A stretch of DNA of 64,000 nt from an uncultured Bdellovibrionales bacterium (lineage in GTDB: Bacteria; Patescibacteriota; Minisyncoccia; Moranbacterales; UBA1568): positions 2,358 through 66,357 of the forward strand of contig CAZRXW010000001.1 in assembly GCA_964604195.1 (NCBI GenBank), written 5' to 3'. Shown here piece by piece: positions 1-8,547 of the stretch. A model generated the notes under the pieces. The model did no database searches and was not told the origin of the DNA. It saw only the letters and a program-made list of their open reading frames with translations. Positions within the stretch are counted from its first letter, which is position 1. Every line of letters begins with the position of its first letter. The position numbers and the translations under genes were made by a program.

Positions 1-1553
1 CTCATATTCCCAAAGGAGGTATTGTGGTCCGGGATGCCAAGAAAAATGAAGCGCTCACGCTTTTGGATGATACAGTGCTTTCTCTCTCCAAGGACGACAT
101 TGTCATCGCTGATAGTCGCCGCGCCTTGGCTCTTGCAGGAGTCATGGGGGGCAAACACTCGGGTATAAGCAGCGATTCAAAGTCTGTGGTGTTTGAGCTC
201 GCTCATTTTGATGCCAAGAGTATTCGGCGTACCGAAAAGCGCTATCGGATGCAGACGGATGCGGCCTATCGTTTTGAGCGCGGCATTGATCTTGGCCGAC
301 CGGGTGAGGTGATGGCTCTTTTAGCGGAGAAGGCTGCTCTCTGGGGTCTTGGTCATGATTTCTTTTACCGAGAGGTGGGGGTTAAGCTTCCTAAGCCAAA
401 ATCTATTACGCTCGAACTCGAAGCGGTGGCGAGTCTTTTGGGGGCTAAAGTACCACTTTTTGAAATCGTACAGTATTGTTCCTGGCTTGGTCTTTCGGTC
501 AAAAAACTTCCCAATCGCCAAGCGCTTCAGGTTACTCCACCACTGCGTCGACCAGATCTGAGCACCCCAGAAGATATTATTGAAGAAATTGGGCGAACAC
601 GCGGGTATAGCGCTATAGAGCCGCTCCCTCTTGCTCTTCCAGCGGTACCATTGGTCCGAGACGGGGATAAAGCATTTGAACGTACACTGAAACATACCCT
701 CGCTCATCTTGGTTTTGATGAAGTCATGACCTATTCCTTTTATAGCGAGAAGTCAGCTCTCGCGTCGGGATATGCTCCGACCGAACATTTGAAATTGGCC
801 AACCCCATGAATCCTGATCAGGCTCTCATGAGGAGAAGTCTTTTCCCGGGGCTTCTTCGAGCGGCACTCAACAATACTGCCCACTCAACCCGCTTCTCGC
901 TCTTTGAATTTGGCAGTGTTTATTTTCCCACTAAGGAAAAGCCCGATGAAGAGAAAAAAGTAGCACTCCTCTGTTTCGATCGTGAAAGCACTTCTGTTGA
1001 GGCAAGTTTTCTTGATTTCAAAGGACGGGTAGAAGCACTTTTTGGTCAGCTCAAGGTCCCGGTAAAGTTTTTGCCAGTATTGGTAGCGGTGCCGCGCTAT
1101 CTCGAGTCAGGGGGAGCCGCCAATCTTACTGTGCAGGGTGAAATTTTTGGAACGATTGGTATTGTAAAAGATGTTGCTATCCAGAAGTTTGGCAAGCGTG
1201 CTGTATTATTCTTTGTCGAATTTTCGGTCAAGACGGCCGCTGCTTTCCAAGAACAAGAGCGAGTCTTCCAAAGGATTGCTCGTTTTCCTATGGCAGAGAG
1301 GGATATTTCTCTCATTGGTCCAAAAGAGGTAACGTACGATAGGCTGCTTCAGGTTATTGAGTCAGCTGGCGCACCACTCCTGAGGAAGGTAGAACTGTTT
1401 GATGTCTATCCCACTGAAGAAGAAAAGAGCTTTTCTCTTCATCTTGGTTTTCAGTCTGATGAACGGACGCTCTCCGGCGAGGAGATGGATCGCTCTTTTG
1501 ACGCGATAGTAGCAGCAGCTGGGGAACATCTCAATATGAGATTAAAGCTTTAA
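1..1553 (+). CDS. pheT: phenylalanine--tRNA ligase beta subunit, C-terminal ~515 aa (5' end lies upstream of window)
   Basis: Reading frame is open from nt 3 to the stop at 1551-1553; the track ORF starts at an internal GTG (24). Translation shows PheT B3/B4 and C-terminal FDX-ACB-like regions (e.g. ...VFELAHFDAKSIRRT..., ...GVMGG...). Confidence 0.8.
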   Translation, partial: HIPKGGIVVRDAKKNEALTLLDDTVLSLSKDDIVIADSRRALALAGVMGGKHSGISSDSKSVVFELAHFDAKSIRRTEKRYRMQTDAAYRFERGIDLGRPGEVMALLAEKAALWGLGHDFFYREVGVKLPKPKSITLELEAVASLLGAKVPLFEIVQYCSWLGLSVKKLPNRQALQVTPPLRRPDLSTPEDIIEEIGRTRGYSAIEPLPLALPAVPLVRDGDKAFERTLKHTLAHLGFDEVMTYSFYSEKSALASGYAPTEHLKLANPMNPDQALMRRSLFPGLLRAALNNTAHSTRFSLFEFGSVYFPTKEKPDEEKKVALLCFDRESTSVEASFLDFKGRVEALFGQLKVPVKFLPVLVAVPRYLESGGAANLTVQGEIFGTIGIVKDVAIQKFGKRAVLFFVEFSVKTAAAFQEQERVFQRIARFPMAERDISLIGPKEVTYDRLLQVIESAGAPLLRKVELFDVYPTEEEKSFSLHLGFQSDERTLSGEEMDRSFDAIVAAAGEHLNMRLKL

Positions 1554-1640
1554 ATAAGCCATTTATTTTGCTTTCTTGGCGTTAGTTTTCTGTTGACTAA
1601 AATTGTTTTTTGTGATATGATGGTCCAGTTGGAAGATCTT

Positions 1641-2340
1641 TTACAAAACAGGTTGGACTACTGCGCTACGGTGTGGAAAGTCCGGACATCGACCCTCTCA
1701 TTTTTGGAGAGGGAAGGGTAGTGGGTAACGCCCACACGTCGTGAGACGCGAGGTGCGAGCAGAGACGCTCATGGAATGAGAATTTCAGAGCCCTTGTCTT
1801 TGACAAGGTGAGTCCTCGTAGTGATATGAGGGGTGAAACGGCTAAATCCTTACTTCGATGCAAGGTCGTGTCCCGCACCTTTTCAGGTTGATAAAGATAA
1901 TTTTGGTATATACCAGATGACCGTCTTTTTAGAGAGATGGTTGTTGGTTTACGAGTCTGAAAAGGTGCGGGAAGAACCGCAAAGATTTCTCTAGTAATAG
2001 AGAAGCAAGAGAAATAGTAGTCACCCCGCACCTTTTAGTCTTGAGAGAGTTTTATGTACTATATGTACTGAGGAGCAGGCAAAAAGATATTTTCTATATT
2101 GGCTGTACTGAAGATCTTAAGAAAAGAATTCTTCAGCACAACAATGGAGAGTCTCGAGCCACAAAGTCCGCTGCTCTTTGGGAGTTGATATATTACGAGG
2201 CTTATACTTCTTTAAGTTTAGCGAGACGTCGTGAGTTGAGGTTAAAACATCATGGAAAAGGTTTAGCTGAACTCAAAAAGAGAGTTATTGAAGACTAAAA
2301 GGTGCGGGGTACAGAATCCGGCTTATAGACCTGTTTTGTA
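1641..2340 (+). ncRNA. rnpB: RNase P RNA (bacterial type), ~700 nt with large ORF-containing insertion
   Basis: P4 5' strand GGAAAGTCCGGAC at 1675-1687. Universal GGGTAACGCC at 1723-1732. AGGGGTGAAACGG and CAAGG elements follow. P4 3' strand ACAGAATCCGGCTTA at 2311-2325. Terminal P1 pairing ACAAAACAGGT (1643-1653) with ACCTGTTTTGT (2329-2339). No protein-coding signal on + strand in 1560-2040. Confidence 0.75.
2041..2298 (+). CDS. GIY-YIG nuclease family protein (COG2827/YhbQ-like, 85 aa) encoded inside the RNase P RNA gene
   Basis: ATG 2041, TAA 2296-2298. N-terminal FYVLYVLRS...IFYIGCTEDLKKRILQHN matches the GIY-YIG motif pattern, followed by conserved R/E-rich helix (LARRRELRLK). Lies entirely in the loop of a 13-bp hairpin, CCCCGCACCTTTT 2024-2036 paired with AAAAGGTGCGGGG 2297-2309. 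Confidence 0.7.
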   Translation: MREFYVLYVLRSRQKDIFYIGCTEDLKKRILQHNNGESRATKSAALWELIYYEAYTSLSLARRRELRLKHHGKGLAELKKRVIED

Positions 2341-2372
2341 AAAGTGCTTTCAATTATTAGTTATTCAAGCTT

Positions 2373-3788
2373 GTGAAACGATCAGAAATCTATTTTGGTG
2401 CCCTGCAGCTCCCGGTGGATTTCGTGATGATACTGTTGGCGGCCGCCTCCGCTTATTTTTTGCGTGGCACAGAATTTTTTCAGCCGTACGTTTCGCGAGT
2501 GTTCAACCTGGCCTTTGATGATTATTTTCGGTTTGCACTCACGGTAGCACCACTCTTCATCGTTATTTTGGCGATCGAAGGATTGTACCGTATGCGGGTC
2601 ACTCGTCGTTTGTGGCAAGAACTCTATGGGGTGACCAAGGCTATTACGATTGGTCTCATCATTCTCATGATTGCGGTATTCCTCCAGCGAGAATGGTTTT
2701 CGTCACGCTTTGTTATCCTGGTCTCTTGGTTTTTGGCAGTGGTCTATGTTGTTTTTGCTCGTTTTCTCTTGCAGCGCGTACAGCGTTGGTTTCTTATTCA
2801 TCGGGGAGTAGGAGTACACAGACTTCTCCTTATTGGGACCAATCAACGCATGTATGCTCTCAAGAAGCTGCTCACCCGAGATAAGACACTTGGCTACCGA
2901 GTAGTTGATCATATTGATACGGCGAGCGTGACGAGAGTCAAAGAGATTCGTGCCAAAAAGGGGATTGATGAGATTGTTATTGGCGATCCGACTCTGACTG
3001 ATGATGAACAGGAGAAATTGTTTGACTATTGTCAGATCAACAATATTACCTACAAGTATTTCCCGACAACTCTCCAGACGCCACGTTTTGAAATGAAAAT
3101 TTTCAATGGCGAGCCAGTGATCGAATTTCAGCATACACCGCTTGATGGGTGGGGCAAGGTTTTGAAGCGAGCCTTTGATATCGTGGCGGGAGTTATCCTG
3201 ACGATTCTCTTTTCCCCAGTGATGCTCATTATTGCTCTCCTCATCAAACTTGAGGATGCTGGTGGTCCAGTTATTTATACCAACGAACGTATTGGTGAGA
3301 ATGGTGAGAAAATTCCTGTCTTCAAGTTTCGCTATATGCAGTGGAAGTGGTGTATTAATAAGGCGAATCCCAATTTTCAAGAGGCGCTGGCCTATGAAAA
3401 AGAGCTCATCGCCGAGCGCAGTCTCCGTGAAGGGCCACTCTACAAAATCAAGGATGATCCACGTAAGACGAGGGTGGGAGCGATTATTGAGCGCTATTCT
3501 ATCGATGAACTTCCACAGCTTTTCAATGTTCTCCGAGGAGAGATGAGTCTTGTGGGCCCACGGCCGCATCAGAAGCGAGAAGTGGAAAAGTATAGTGAAT
3601 ATCACCGTCGTCTCCTTACTATCAAACCCGGAGTCACTGGGATGGCCCAGGTATCCGGCCGCTCAGATCTCGATTTCGAAGACGAGTATCGACTGGATGT
3701 GTTTTATATCGAGAACTGGTCTCTTTGGCTCGACATCCTCATCTGCTTCAAAACAGCTGCCGCTCTTATCCGCCGCCGCAGGAATTAG
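2373..3788 (+). CDS. undecaprenyl-phosphate sugar phosphotransferase (WbaP/WcaJ-type bacterial sugar transferase, polyisoprenyl-phosphate hexose-1-P transferase)
   Basis: GTG start. N-terminal 5 TM helices. C-terminal bacterial sugar transferase domain (RAFDIVAGV..LSPVM..IIALLIKLEDAGGPVIY..ERIG.NG..F.KFR.M, ..DELPQLFNVLRGEMSLVGPRP). Confidence 0.85.
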   Translation: MKRSEIYFGALQLPVDFVMILLAAASAYFLRGTEFFQPYVSRVFNLAFDDYFRFALTVAPLFIVILAIEGLYRMRVTRRLWQELYGVTKAITIGLIILMIAVFLQREWFSSRFVILVSWFLAVVYVVFARFLLQRVQRWFLIHRGVGVHRLLLIGTNQRMYALKKLLTRDKTLGYRVVDHIDTASVTRVKEIRAKKGIDEIVIGDPTLTDDEQEKLFDYCQINNITYKYFPTTLQTPRFEMKIFNGEPVIEFQHTPLDGWGKVLKRAFDIVAGVILTILFSPVMLIIALLIKLEDAGGPVIYTNERIGENGEKIPVFKFRYMQWKWCINKANPNFQEALAYEKELIAERSLREGPLYKIKDDPRKTRVGAIIERYSIDELPQLFNVLRGEMSLVGPRPHQKREVEKYSEYHRRLLTIKPGVTGMAQVSGRSDLDFEDEYRLDVFYIENWSLWLDILICFKTAAALIRRRRN

Positions 3789-3813
3789 AGAGCGCCTATA
3801 CGTAAGTCCGAAA

Positions 3814-3837
3814 AGTCCCGAGAAAGGGACTTTTTTA
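3814..3837 (+). terminator. rho-independent terminator (AGTCCC-GAGAAA-GGGACT + T6)
   Basis: Perfect 6-bp GC-containing stem with 6-nt loop followed by TTTTTT, immediately after the sugar-transferase stop. Confidence 0.6.
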
Positions 3838-3938
3838 CTCCCATTTTTTGTATTTTTAAAATAACGCTATACTTTTCTAAGAGCGTCAATATTTACATTT
3901 TTACCCCACTTGCTACAGTGGAGTGTCACACAATCCTT

Positions 3939-4595
3939 ATGGACAAACGCCTTTTCATTATCCTCTTTGCTCTCGTCATCCTTCTTGTAGGTGGCTATTT
4001 CGCCTGGCAGAAGCAGCAATCAGTGACTACTCCGACACCGGTCGTCACTGAACCAGTGGTGAAGGAACCAGTGCCAGCCCCAACCGAAGAACCTATCGAT
4101 ACCTCTGACTGGAAGACCTATCGGAACGAGGAGTATGGGTTTGAGTTTAAGTATCCGAAGGAGTGGGCTATTAAGAAAACTACGACACCTGCCGTGTTTT
4201 ATCTAAGATCAGAAAAATTTCAACCAGTGTTTCTAGGGAATTTAGCGTCAGGGGAACCATTTTACTCAGATGGAGAGATAAAAGTAGAAATATTTACTAA
4301 TGTACATAACCTATCCATTCAGGAGAGATATTCACAGTTTGATGATATTTATCGTGCATATGCGAATGATCCAAAACTTTTGTCCACTTTAACGAACGTC
4401 AATCATAATGACTTGTTAACCTTTGAAACACATAGAGGCTTTGGCAGAAATTTAGATTCGGATGAATACCAAACAGTGAGAATTCTTAAAATCAAAGACA
4501 AAATCCTTCACTTCGACTACATCTCTCAGAATCAGCCCGATTCACGGGTCGAGCAGATTCTCGCAGGTGTAGTACATTCAGTGAGCGAGCTATAG
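3939..4595 (+). CDS. hypothetical secreted/membrane-anchored protein (N-terminal TM, Pro/Thr-rich linker)
   Basis: ATG 3939 (the track's 3918 is an upstream GTG). Sequence MDKRLFIILFALVILLVGGYF then TPTPVVTEPVVKEPVPAPTEEP linker; no recognisable catalytic motifs. Confidence 0.5.
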   Translation: MDKRLFIILFALVILLVGGYFAWQKQQSVTTPTPVVTEPVVKEPVPAPTEEPIDTSDWKTYRNEEYGFEFKYPKEWAIKKTTTPAVFYLRSEKFQPVFLGNLASGEPFYSDGEIKVEIFTNVHNLSIQERYSQFDDIYRAYANDPKLLSTLTNVNHNDLLTFETHRGFGRNLDSDEYQTVRILKIKDKILHFDYISQNQPDSRVEQILAGVVHSVSEL

Positions 4596-4646
4596 CCATA
4601 GCAAGCAAGCTGGTTCGTTAACAACTTTCTATGGAAGGAAAGCAAG

Positions 4647-6650
4647 ATGAGTACGCTCATCAAGTTGGTGCTGGTTGGGTGGCTTGTCTCGCTCTCCCAG
4701 TTCGCAGTGGCTGCTATGCCAAGTCTCAAGTTGCCATTCGATACGAGTGAACCCTGGCGGGTAAACAGAGGCTACGAGCAAGGCTGGTCTCACAAGGGGA
4801 AAGATCGCTACGCACTTGATTTTGCGTCTGGTGACTGCGATCGAACTTACGGCAAACCGATTCTGGCTGCCGCATCAGGAACAGTGAGGTCAATCGATAG
4901 AGTCGAGAAGCAAACCCCAACGGATTATCCTAGCTACGGGAACCAAATCATCATCGATCATGGTGACGGGTGGACGACACGCTATGCCCATCTGAGCGAA
5001 ATCGACTCCTCAGTCGCTGAGCATGGTGAGAGGCGTTTCGTCGTGCAGGGTCAGAAGATCGGTGAAGCGGGTGGGACGGGATCAGTTGAAGGATCGATGT
5101 GTACGCGTACCGATATCCCTGTTGGCGTCCTTGGAGTCCATCTTCACTTCGCCCTCTACTATAACGGTGATGGCGTGAAACCAGAGCCAATGAGTGGGTA
5201 CAGTGGATTTGCTGCTGAGACGTGGTATGCCTCCAACAACACCCAGCAATCCCCAGCCATGACCCAACCTGCTATCTCTTGTGTTTACGTGGCTGGAGAC
5301 AACCAGTTCTGCTGGAAGAGCGCCAATGCCACACCGGCCTCATGCGGGAAGGCAGTAGCGTGGATCCTCAACGACAACACTGCTCAGGTGTTGTACAACA
5401 AATCAGCGAGTGACTGCCCGACATACTGTACGGTCTCCAATAGTTACTGCAGAGATGTTTCCGGTAGCTTGAGTGTCGGTGGTTTCGGCTCCCTCTCCTC
5501 CTTCAACCTCAAGATCAACCGCTTCTGGGTGAGAGATGTAGCGACACAACTCGATTTGGTTTCAGGTGGTCACACCGTCCGTACTGGTCAAGCTCTTGAG
5601 GTGCGGCTTCAGCAAAAGGCGGTCAATGGCAATACCAACGACTACATGCGCCCCGGCAAGGATCGGGTCGAGACTGACCTTTACAACAGAGAAGACAGTG
5701 GTGACTGGCGTTTCCTTGGTCGGGAATACACCCAGGCTATCAACTTGCCGAAGGACGCTACCCACACCGAGCATGTGGTCTATACCGTCCCTCCTGGTGC
5801 TACGGAAGTGTGCTTCAAGGGGAAGATCGATGCCGAAGACGAAGCCTCCGAAAACAATGAAGGGGACAACTGGTCGCCGGTGGCCTGTTTCCGGGTCGAC
5901 AACAATCCGACGGTCAATTTCATTACCACCTTTATCGGCCTGACCAATACCCCGACCCCAGTGCCACCTGGGAGTGCTATGCGGGCCAGGATGGCCATCC
6001 GGAATGTTGGAACGACGGCACCTAGTGCTGCCATCAGGAGTAGCTACAGCTATCGACCACTCGGTTCGACAGGTCCCTGGATCCAAATCGCTGATGATGG
6101 CTCGGATCCATCAGATCTCGTGCCCAATCGAGATCACTGGGAGGAGACTCTTTCAGCGGTTACTGCTCCGCAAGTGCCGGGTTGGTACGAACTGCGTGGT
6201 TGCGCCGACTACCAGAACGCTGTCCTTGAATCGAACGAAACCGACAACTGTCTCACGACAACTTTTGAAGTCGCTGCCTACCCCGACCTCATCATCACCT
6301 ACATCGAGATTGATCCTTGGCCAGATCGGTCGATCCAGAAGGACAAGGAGCACCATCCTACCATGAAGATCAAGAACGTCGGTCCTGGACCGGTTACCTC
6401 GGGCATCCGGAGTGCCTACTACTGGTACGGACCCTCTACCGGAAATGTCTGGAGACTCATCGCTGACGATGGGACAGAAGCTCAGGAACTCTGCGCTGGT
6501 TGTGAGGTAACGGAAACCATGAGGAGTGGTTTCAAGGCTACCAAGACAGGAACTCACTACCTCAAGGCTTGCGTTGACTACCAAGGCAACCAACCTGAAG
6601 GAGATGAAGGAAACAACTGTCTTCAGAGTGCTCCCATCACGGTGAAGTGA
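4647..6650 (+). CDS. secreted M23 (LytM-type) metallopeptidase with C-terminal CARDB-like repeats; GC-rich gene
   Basis: Signal peptide (LVLVGWLVSLSQFAVAA). M23 motifs (YALDFA..G.PILAAASGTV, IIIDHGDGWTTRYAHLSEI, GQKIG.AGGTG, LHFALY). Three C-terminal repeats carrying NETDNCL / EGDNWSP / EGDEGNNCL motifs typical of CARDB/adhesin-like beta-sandwich domains. GC and GC3 are clearly higher than flanking genes. Confidence 0.8.
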   Translation: MSTLIKLVLVGWLVSLSQFAVAAMPSLKLPFDTSEPWRVNRGYEQGWSHKGKDRYALDFASGDCDRTYGKPILAAASGTVRSIDRVEKQTPTDYPSYGNQIIIDHGDGWTTRYAHLSEIDSSVAEHGERRFVVQGQKIGEAGGTGSVEGSMCTRTDIPVGVLGVHLHFALYYNGDGVKPEPMSGYSGFAAETWYASNNTQQSPAMTQPAISCVYVAGDNQFCWKSANATPASCGKAVAWILNDNTAQVLYNKSASDCPTYCTVSNSYCRDVSGSLSVGGFGSLSSFNLKINRFWVRDVATQLDLVSGGHTVRTGQALEVRLQQKAVNGNTNDYMRPGKDRVETDLYNREDSGDWRFLGREYTQAINLPKDATHTEHVVYTVPPGATEVCFKGKIDAEDEASENNEGDNWSPVACFRVDNNPTVNFITTFIGLTNTPTPVPPGSAMRARMAIRNVGTTAPSAAIRSSYSYRPLGSTGPWIQIADDGSDPSDLVPNRDHWEETLSAVTAPQVPGWYELRGCADYQNAVLESNETDNCLTTTFEVAAYPDLIITYIEIDPWPDRSIQKDKEHHPTMKIKNVGPGPVTSGIRSAYYWYGPSTGNVWRLIADDGTEAQELCAGCEVTETMRSGFKATKTGTHYLKACVDYQGNQPEGDEGNNCLQSAPITVK

Positions 6651-6690
6651 AGCATCGAGGATATATGGGGGGGATTCTCGATCGATCTAG

Positions 6691-6732
6691 GACCCGGAGG
6701 TACCGTGAGTACTTGCCGGGTCTGTTTATATT
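6691..6732 (+). terminator. terminator-like hairpin (GACCCGG ... CCGGGTC) followed by T-rich tract
   Basis: 7-bp GC stem with 18-nt loop (loop contains the recurring CCGTGAGTACTTG motif), then TGTTTATATTT; located 40 nt after the M23 stop. Confidence 0.4.
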
Positions 6733-6784
6733 TAGAAAGTCTACAAACTTATTAAGAAATCTGATAGACTTTAGAAAGTCTGTT

Positions 6785-7222
6785 ATGACTGATACAAAGC
6801 TGAAGAGAAATTTAAATATACAATTTGTTGTAAGGGTGATTTTTTGGTCACTCCTGTTTCTATCCCTGATTTTGACGGTTAAGCGGGTATATATAGATCG
6901 AGATTTTGTCCTCTCTCAAGAAATAGAATGTGATCCTTGGACTGAGAGTTGTTTTACTCGGCTTTGCGAGGAAGACTGTGACACAGAGAAGGAATATTAC
7001 AAATTACAGACTGTCTCTGCGCGGTACATGTCAACGTGTGATCCCCATATTGAAGAATGTCCAGAAATTGACTGTAATGAAACTCCAACCTGTGAGATTG
7101 TTTTCTGTGATGAGATCACCGTGACGGATGGTGAATGGTGTACAACTCCAGAAACATATCATGGGGATCAATCTGAAGAGGGGACGGATGATCTAGAAGA
7201 GGATAATGCAATAAACCAGTAA
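6785..7222 (+). CDS. hypothetical small Cys-rich acidic protein with N-terminal TM anchor
   Basis: In-frame ATG 6785 (the track ORF begins upstream at 6647, inside the terminator region). One TM (VVRVIFWSLLFLSLILTV), then 14 Cys in CxxxC / CxxC-like spacing and an Asp/Glu/Thr-rich C-terminus. Confidence 0.45.
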   Translation: MTDTKLKRNLNIQFVVRVIFWSLLFLSLILTVKRVYIDRDFVLSQEIECDPWTESCFTRLCEEDCDTEKEYYKLQTVSARYMSTCDPHIEECPEIDCNETPTCEIVFCDEITVTDGEWCTTPETYHGDQSEEGTDDLEEDNAINQ

Positions 7223-7229
7223 GATTGCT

Positions 7230-8522
7230 ATGCGCGTCCTCTTTATCTCCCGAGAACTTGGAGCTTCCGAGCTTGCTGTGGCCCTTCAACAGGAGGGCTG
7301 TGAAGTTAAAATGTTTGTCGATGACCCTGTAGTGAGTCACGGTCTTGATGGAATTGTGTCAAAAATTACCGACTGGGAATCTGAGTTGACATGGGTTGGG
7401 AAGCAAGGGCTTATCATCTTCGATGATACGGGATATGGTAAGCGTCAGATGGAATTACGAGCTTTGGGATATCGAGTGGTTGGTGGGAGCCAGGAAGCAG
7501 ATAGAATAGAGATTGATCGACTAGTAGGGAAACAAATATTTGAAGCGTCTGGTCTCCAGTCACTGACGACTTGTAGTTTTGATAACCTTGAGGAGGCTAT
7601 CCATTTTTTGTGTTCCCAGAACAATAAACGTTGGGTAGCAAAAGTAAACGGGGGCCACATTAGTTCATTGTGCTATGTCGGAGAAAATTATGACCAGAGT
7701 GATATTATTGGAGTATTGAGTCATTATCATCAGCAGGGAGTAACTCACGTAAATCTCCAAGAGCGAGTAGAAGGCGTGGAAATAGGAGTAGGACGCTACT
7801 TTAATGGATCAGATTGGGTTGGTCCAGTTGAGATTAACGTTGAGCATAAGTCACTTATGCCAAATAATGTTGGTCCCAAGACAGCGGAGATGGGTACACT
7901 CATGTGGTATGAAAGTGATGAAGAATGTCGCCTTTTTCAATCTACTTTGGCTCCGATGAAAGAATATCTGAGGAGTATAGATTTTCGTGGAGATGTAGAT
8001 ATTAATTGCATTATTCATGAAAATAATCTTTGGCCGCTGGAATTTACGGCTCGTTTTGGCAATCCTGCTACGGCATTGCAAATTGAAATACATGACTCTC
8101 CTTGGAGAGAGTTTCTTGGTGCGGTAGCGGATGGAGCTCCCTATGATCTTAAATTTAAGAAAGGTTACGGGGTCGTTGTAACGGTAGCAGTGCCACCCTT
8201 TCCTTACTATGTAGATGTCTCATCAGCTGAGACCTCTTTTGGTTTACCGGTAGTTTTTCGACAGTTATTGAATGAAAACGAATGGAAGCACTATGGCTTT
8301 GAAGAGATTGGTCGCGATAGTTCAGGAAACTTTTTTGTCGCAGGTAATCGTGGCTGTGTGGCGCATGTGACTGGTTTTGGTGAGACTATTGAGAAGGCTC
8401 GGGAAGAAGCCTATCAACGAGTAGGTAACATAGTGGTACCGAAGATGTTCTATCGGTCGGATATAGGGTTAAATTTTTTTGAACGAGAGCAGTCTCTCTT
8501 AAAGCAATGGGGATGGCTCTAA
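7230..8522 (+). CDS. divergent PurD-like ATP-grasp ligase (phosphoribosylamine--glycine ligase family)
   Basis: Collinear with PurD. N-domain MRVLFIS..GASE.A.A. ATP-grasp core with NVGPKTAEMG (cf. GPNTGGMG). C-domain WPLEFTARFGNPAT (cf. EFN.RFGDPET) and FYRSDIG (cf. FCRKDIG). Lacks the canonical GNGGREHA N-terminus, so substrate is uncertain. Confidence 0.6.
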   Translation: MRVLFISRELGASELAVALQQEGCEVKMFVDDPVVSHGLDGIVSKITDWESELTWVGKQGLIIFDDTGYGKRQMELRALGYRVVGGSQEADRIEIDRLVGKQIFEASGLQSLTTCSFDNLEEAIHFLCSQNNKRWVAKVNGGHISSLCYVGENYDQSDIIGVLSHYHQQGVTHVNLQERVEGVEIGVGRYFNGSDWVGPVEINVEHKSLMPNNVGPKTAEMGTLMWYESDEECRLFQSTLAPMKEYLRSIDFRGDVDINCIIHENNLWPLEFTARFGNPATALQIEIHDSPWREFLGAVADGAPYDLKFKKGYGVVVTVAVPPFPYYVDVSSAETSFGLPVVFRQLLNENEWKHYGFEEIGRDSSGNFFVAGNRGCVAHVTGFGETIEKAREEAYQRVGNIVVPKMFYRSDIGLNFFEREQSLLKQWGWL

Positions 8523-8547
8523 TTTAAAACCCCAGATCTTTTTCTAT

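Noticed and set aside
1666-2031. 121-aa minus-strand ORF
   Set aside because: The region carries the conserved RNase P RNA elements on the + strand. The ORF is antisense to a structured RNA gene and is not considered coding.
2024-2310. Possibility that the rnpB insert is a self-splicing group I intron carrying a homing-endonuclease ORF
   Set aside because: Only about 20 nt of non-ORF sequence flank the 258-nt ORF inside the insert. That is far too little for a group I catalytic core (P3-P9), so an ORF-in-helix insertion is more plausible. This is not proven without structural modelling.
2703-3605. 300-aa minus-strand ORF
   Set aside because: It lies completely inside the well-supported + strand sugar-transferase gene and has no recognisable motifs. 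It is a typical antisense shadow ORF.
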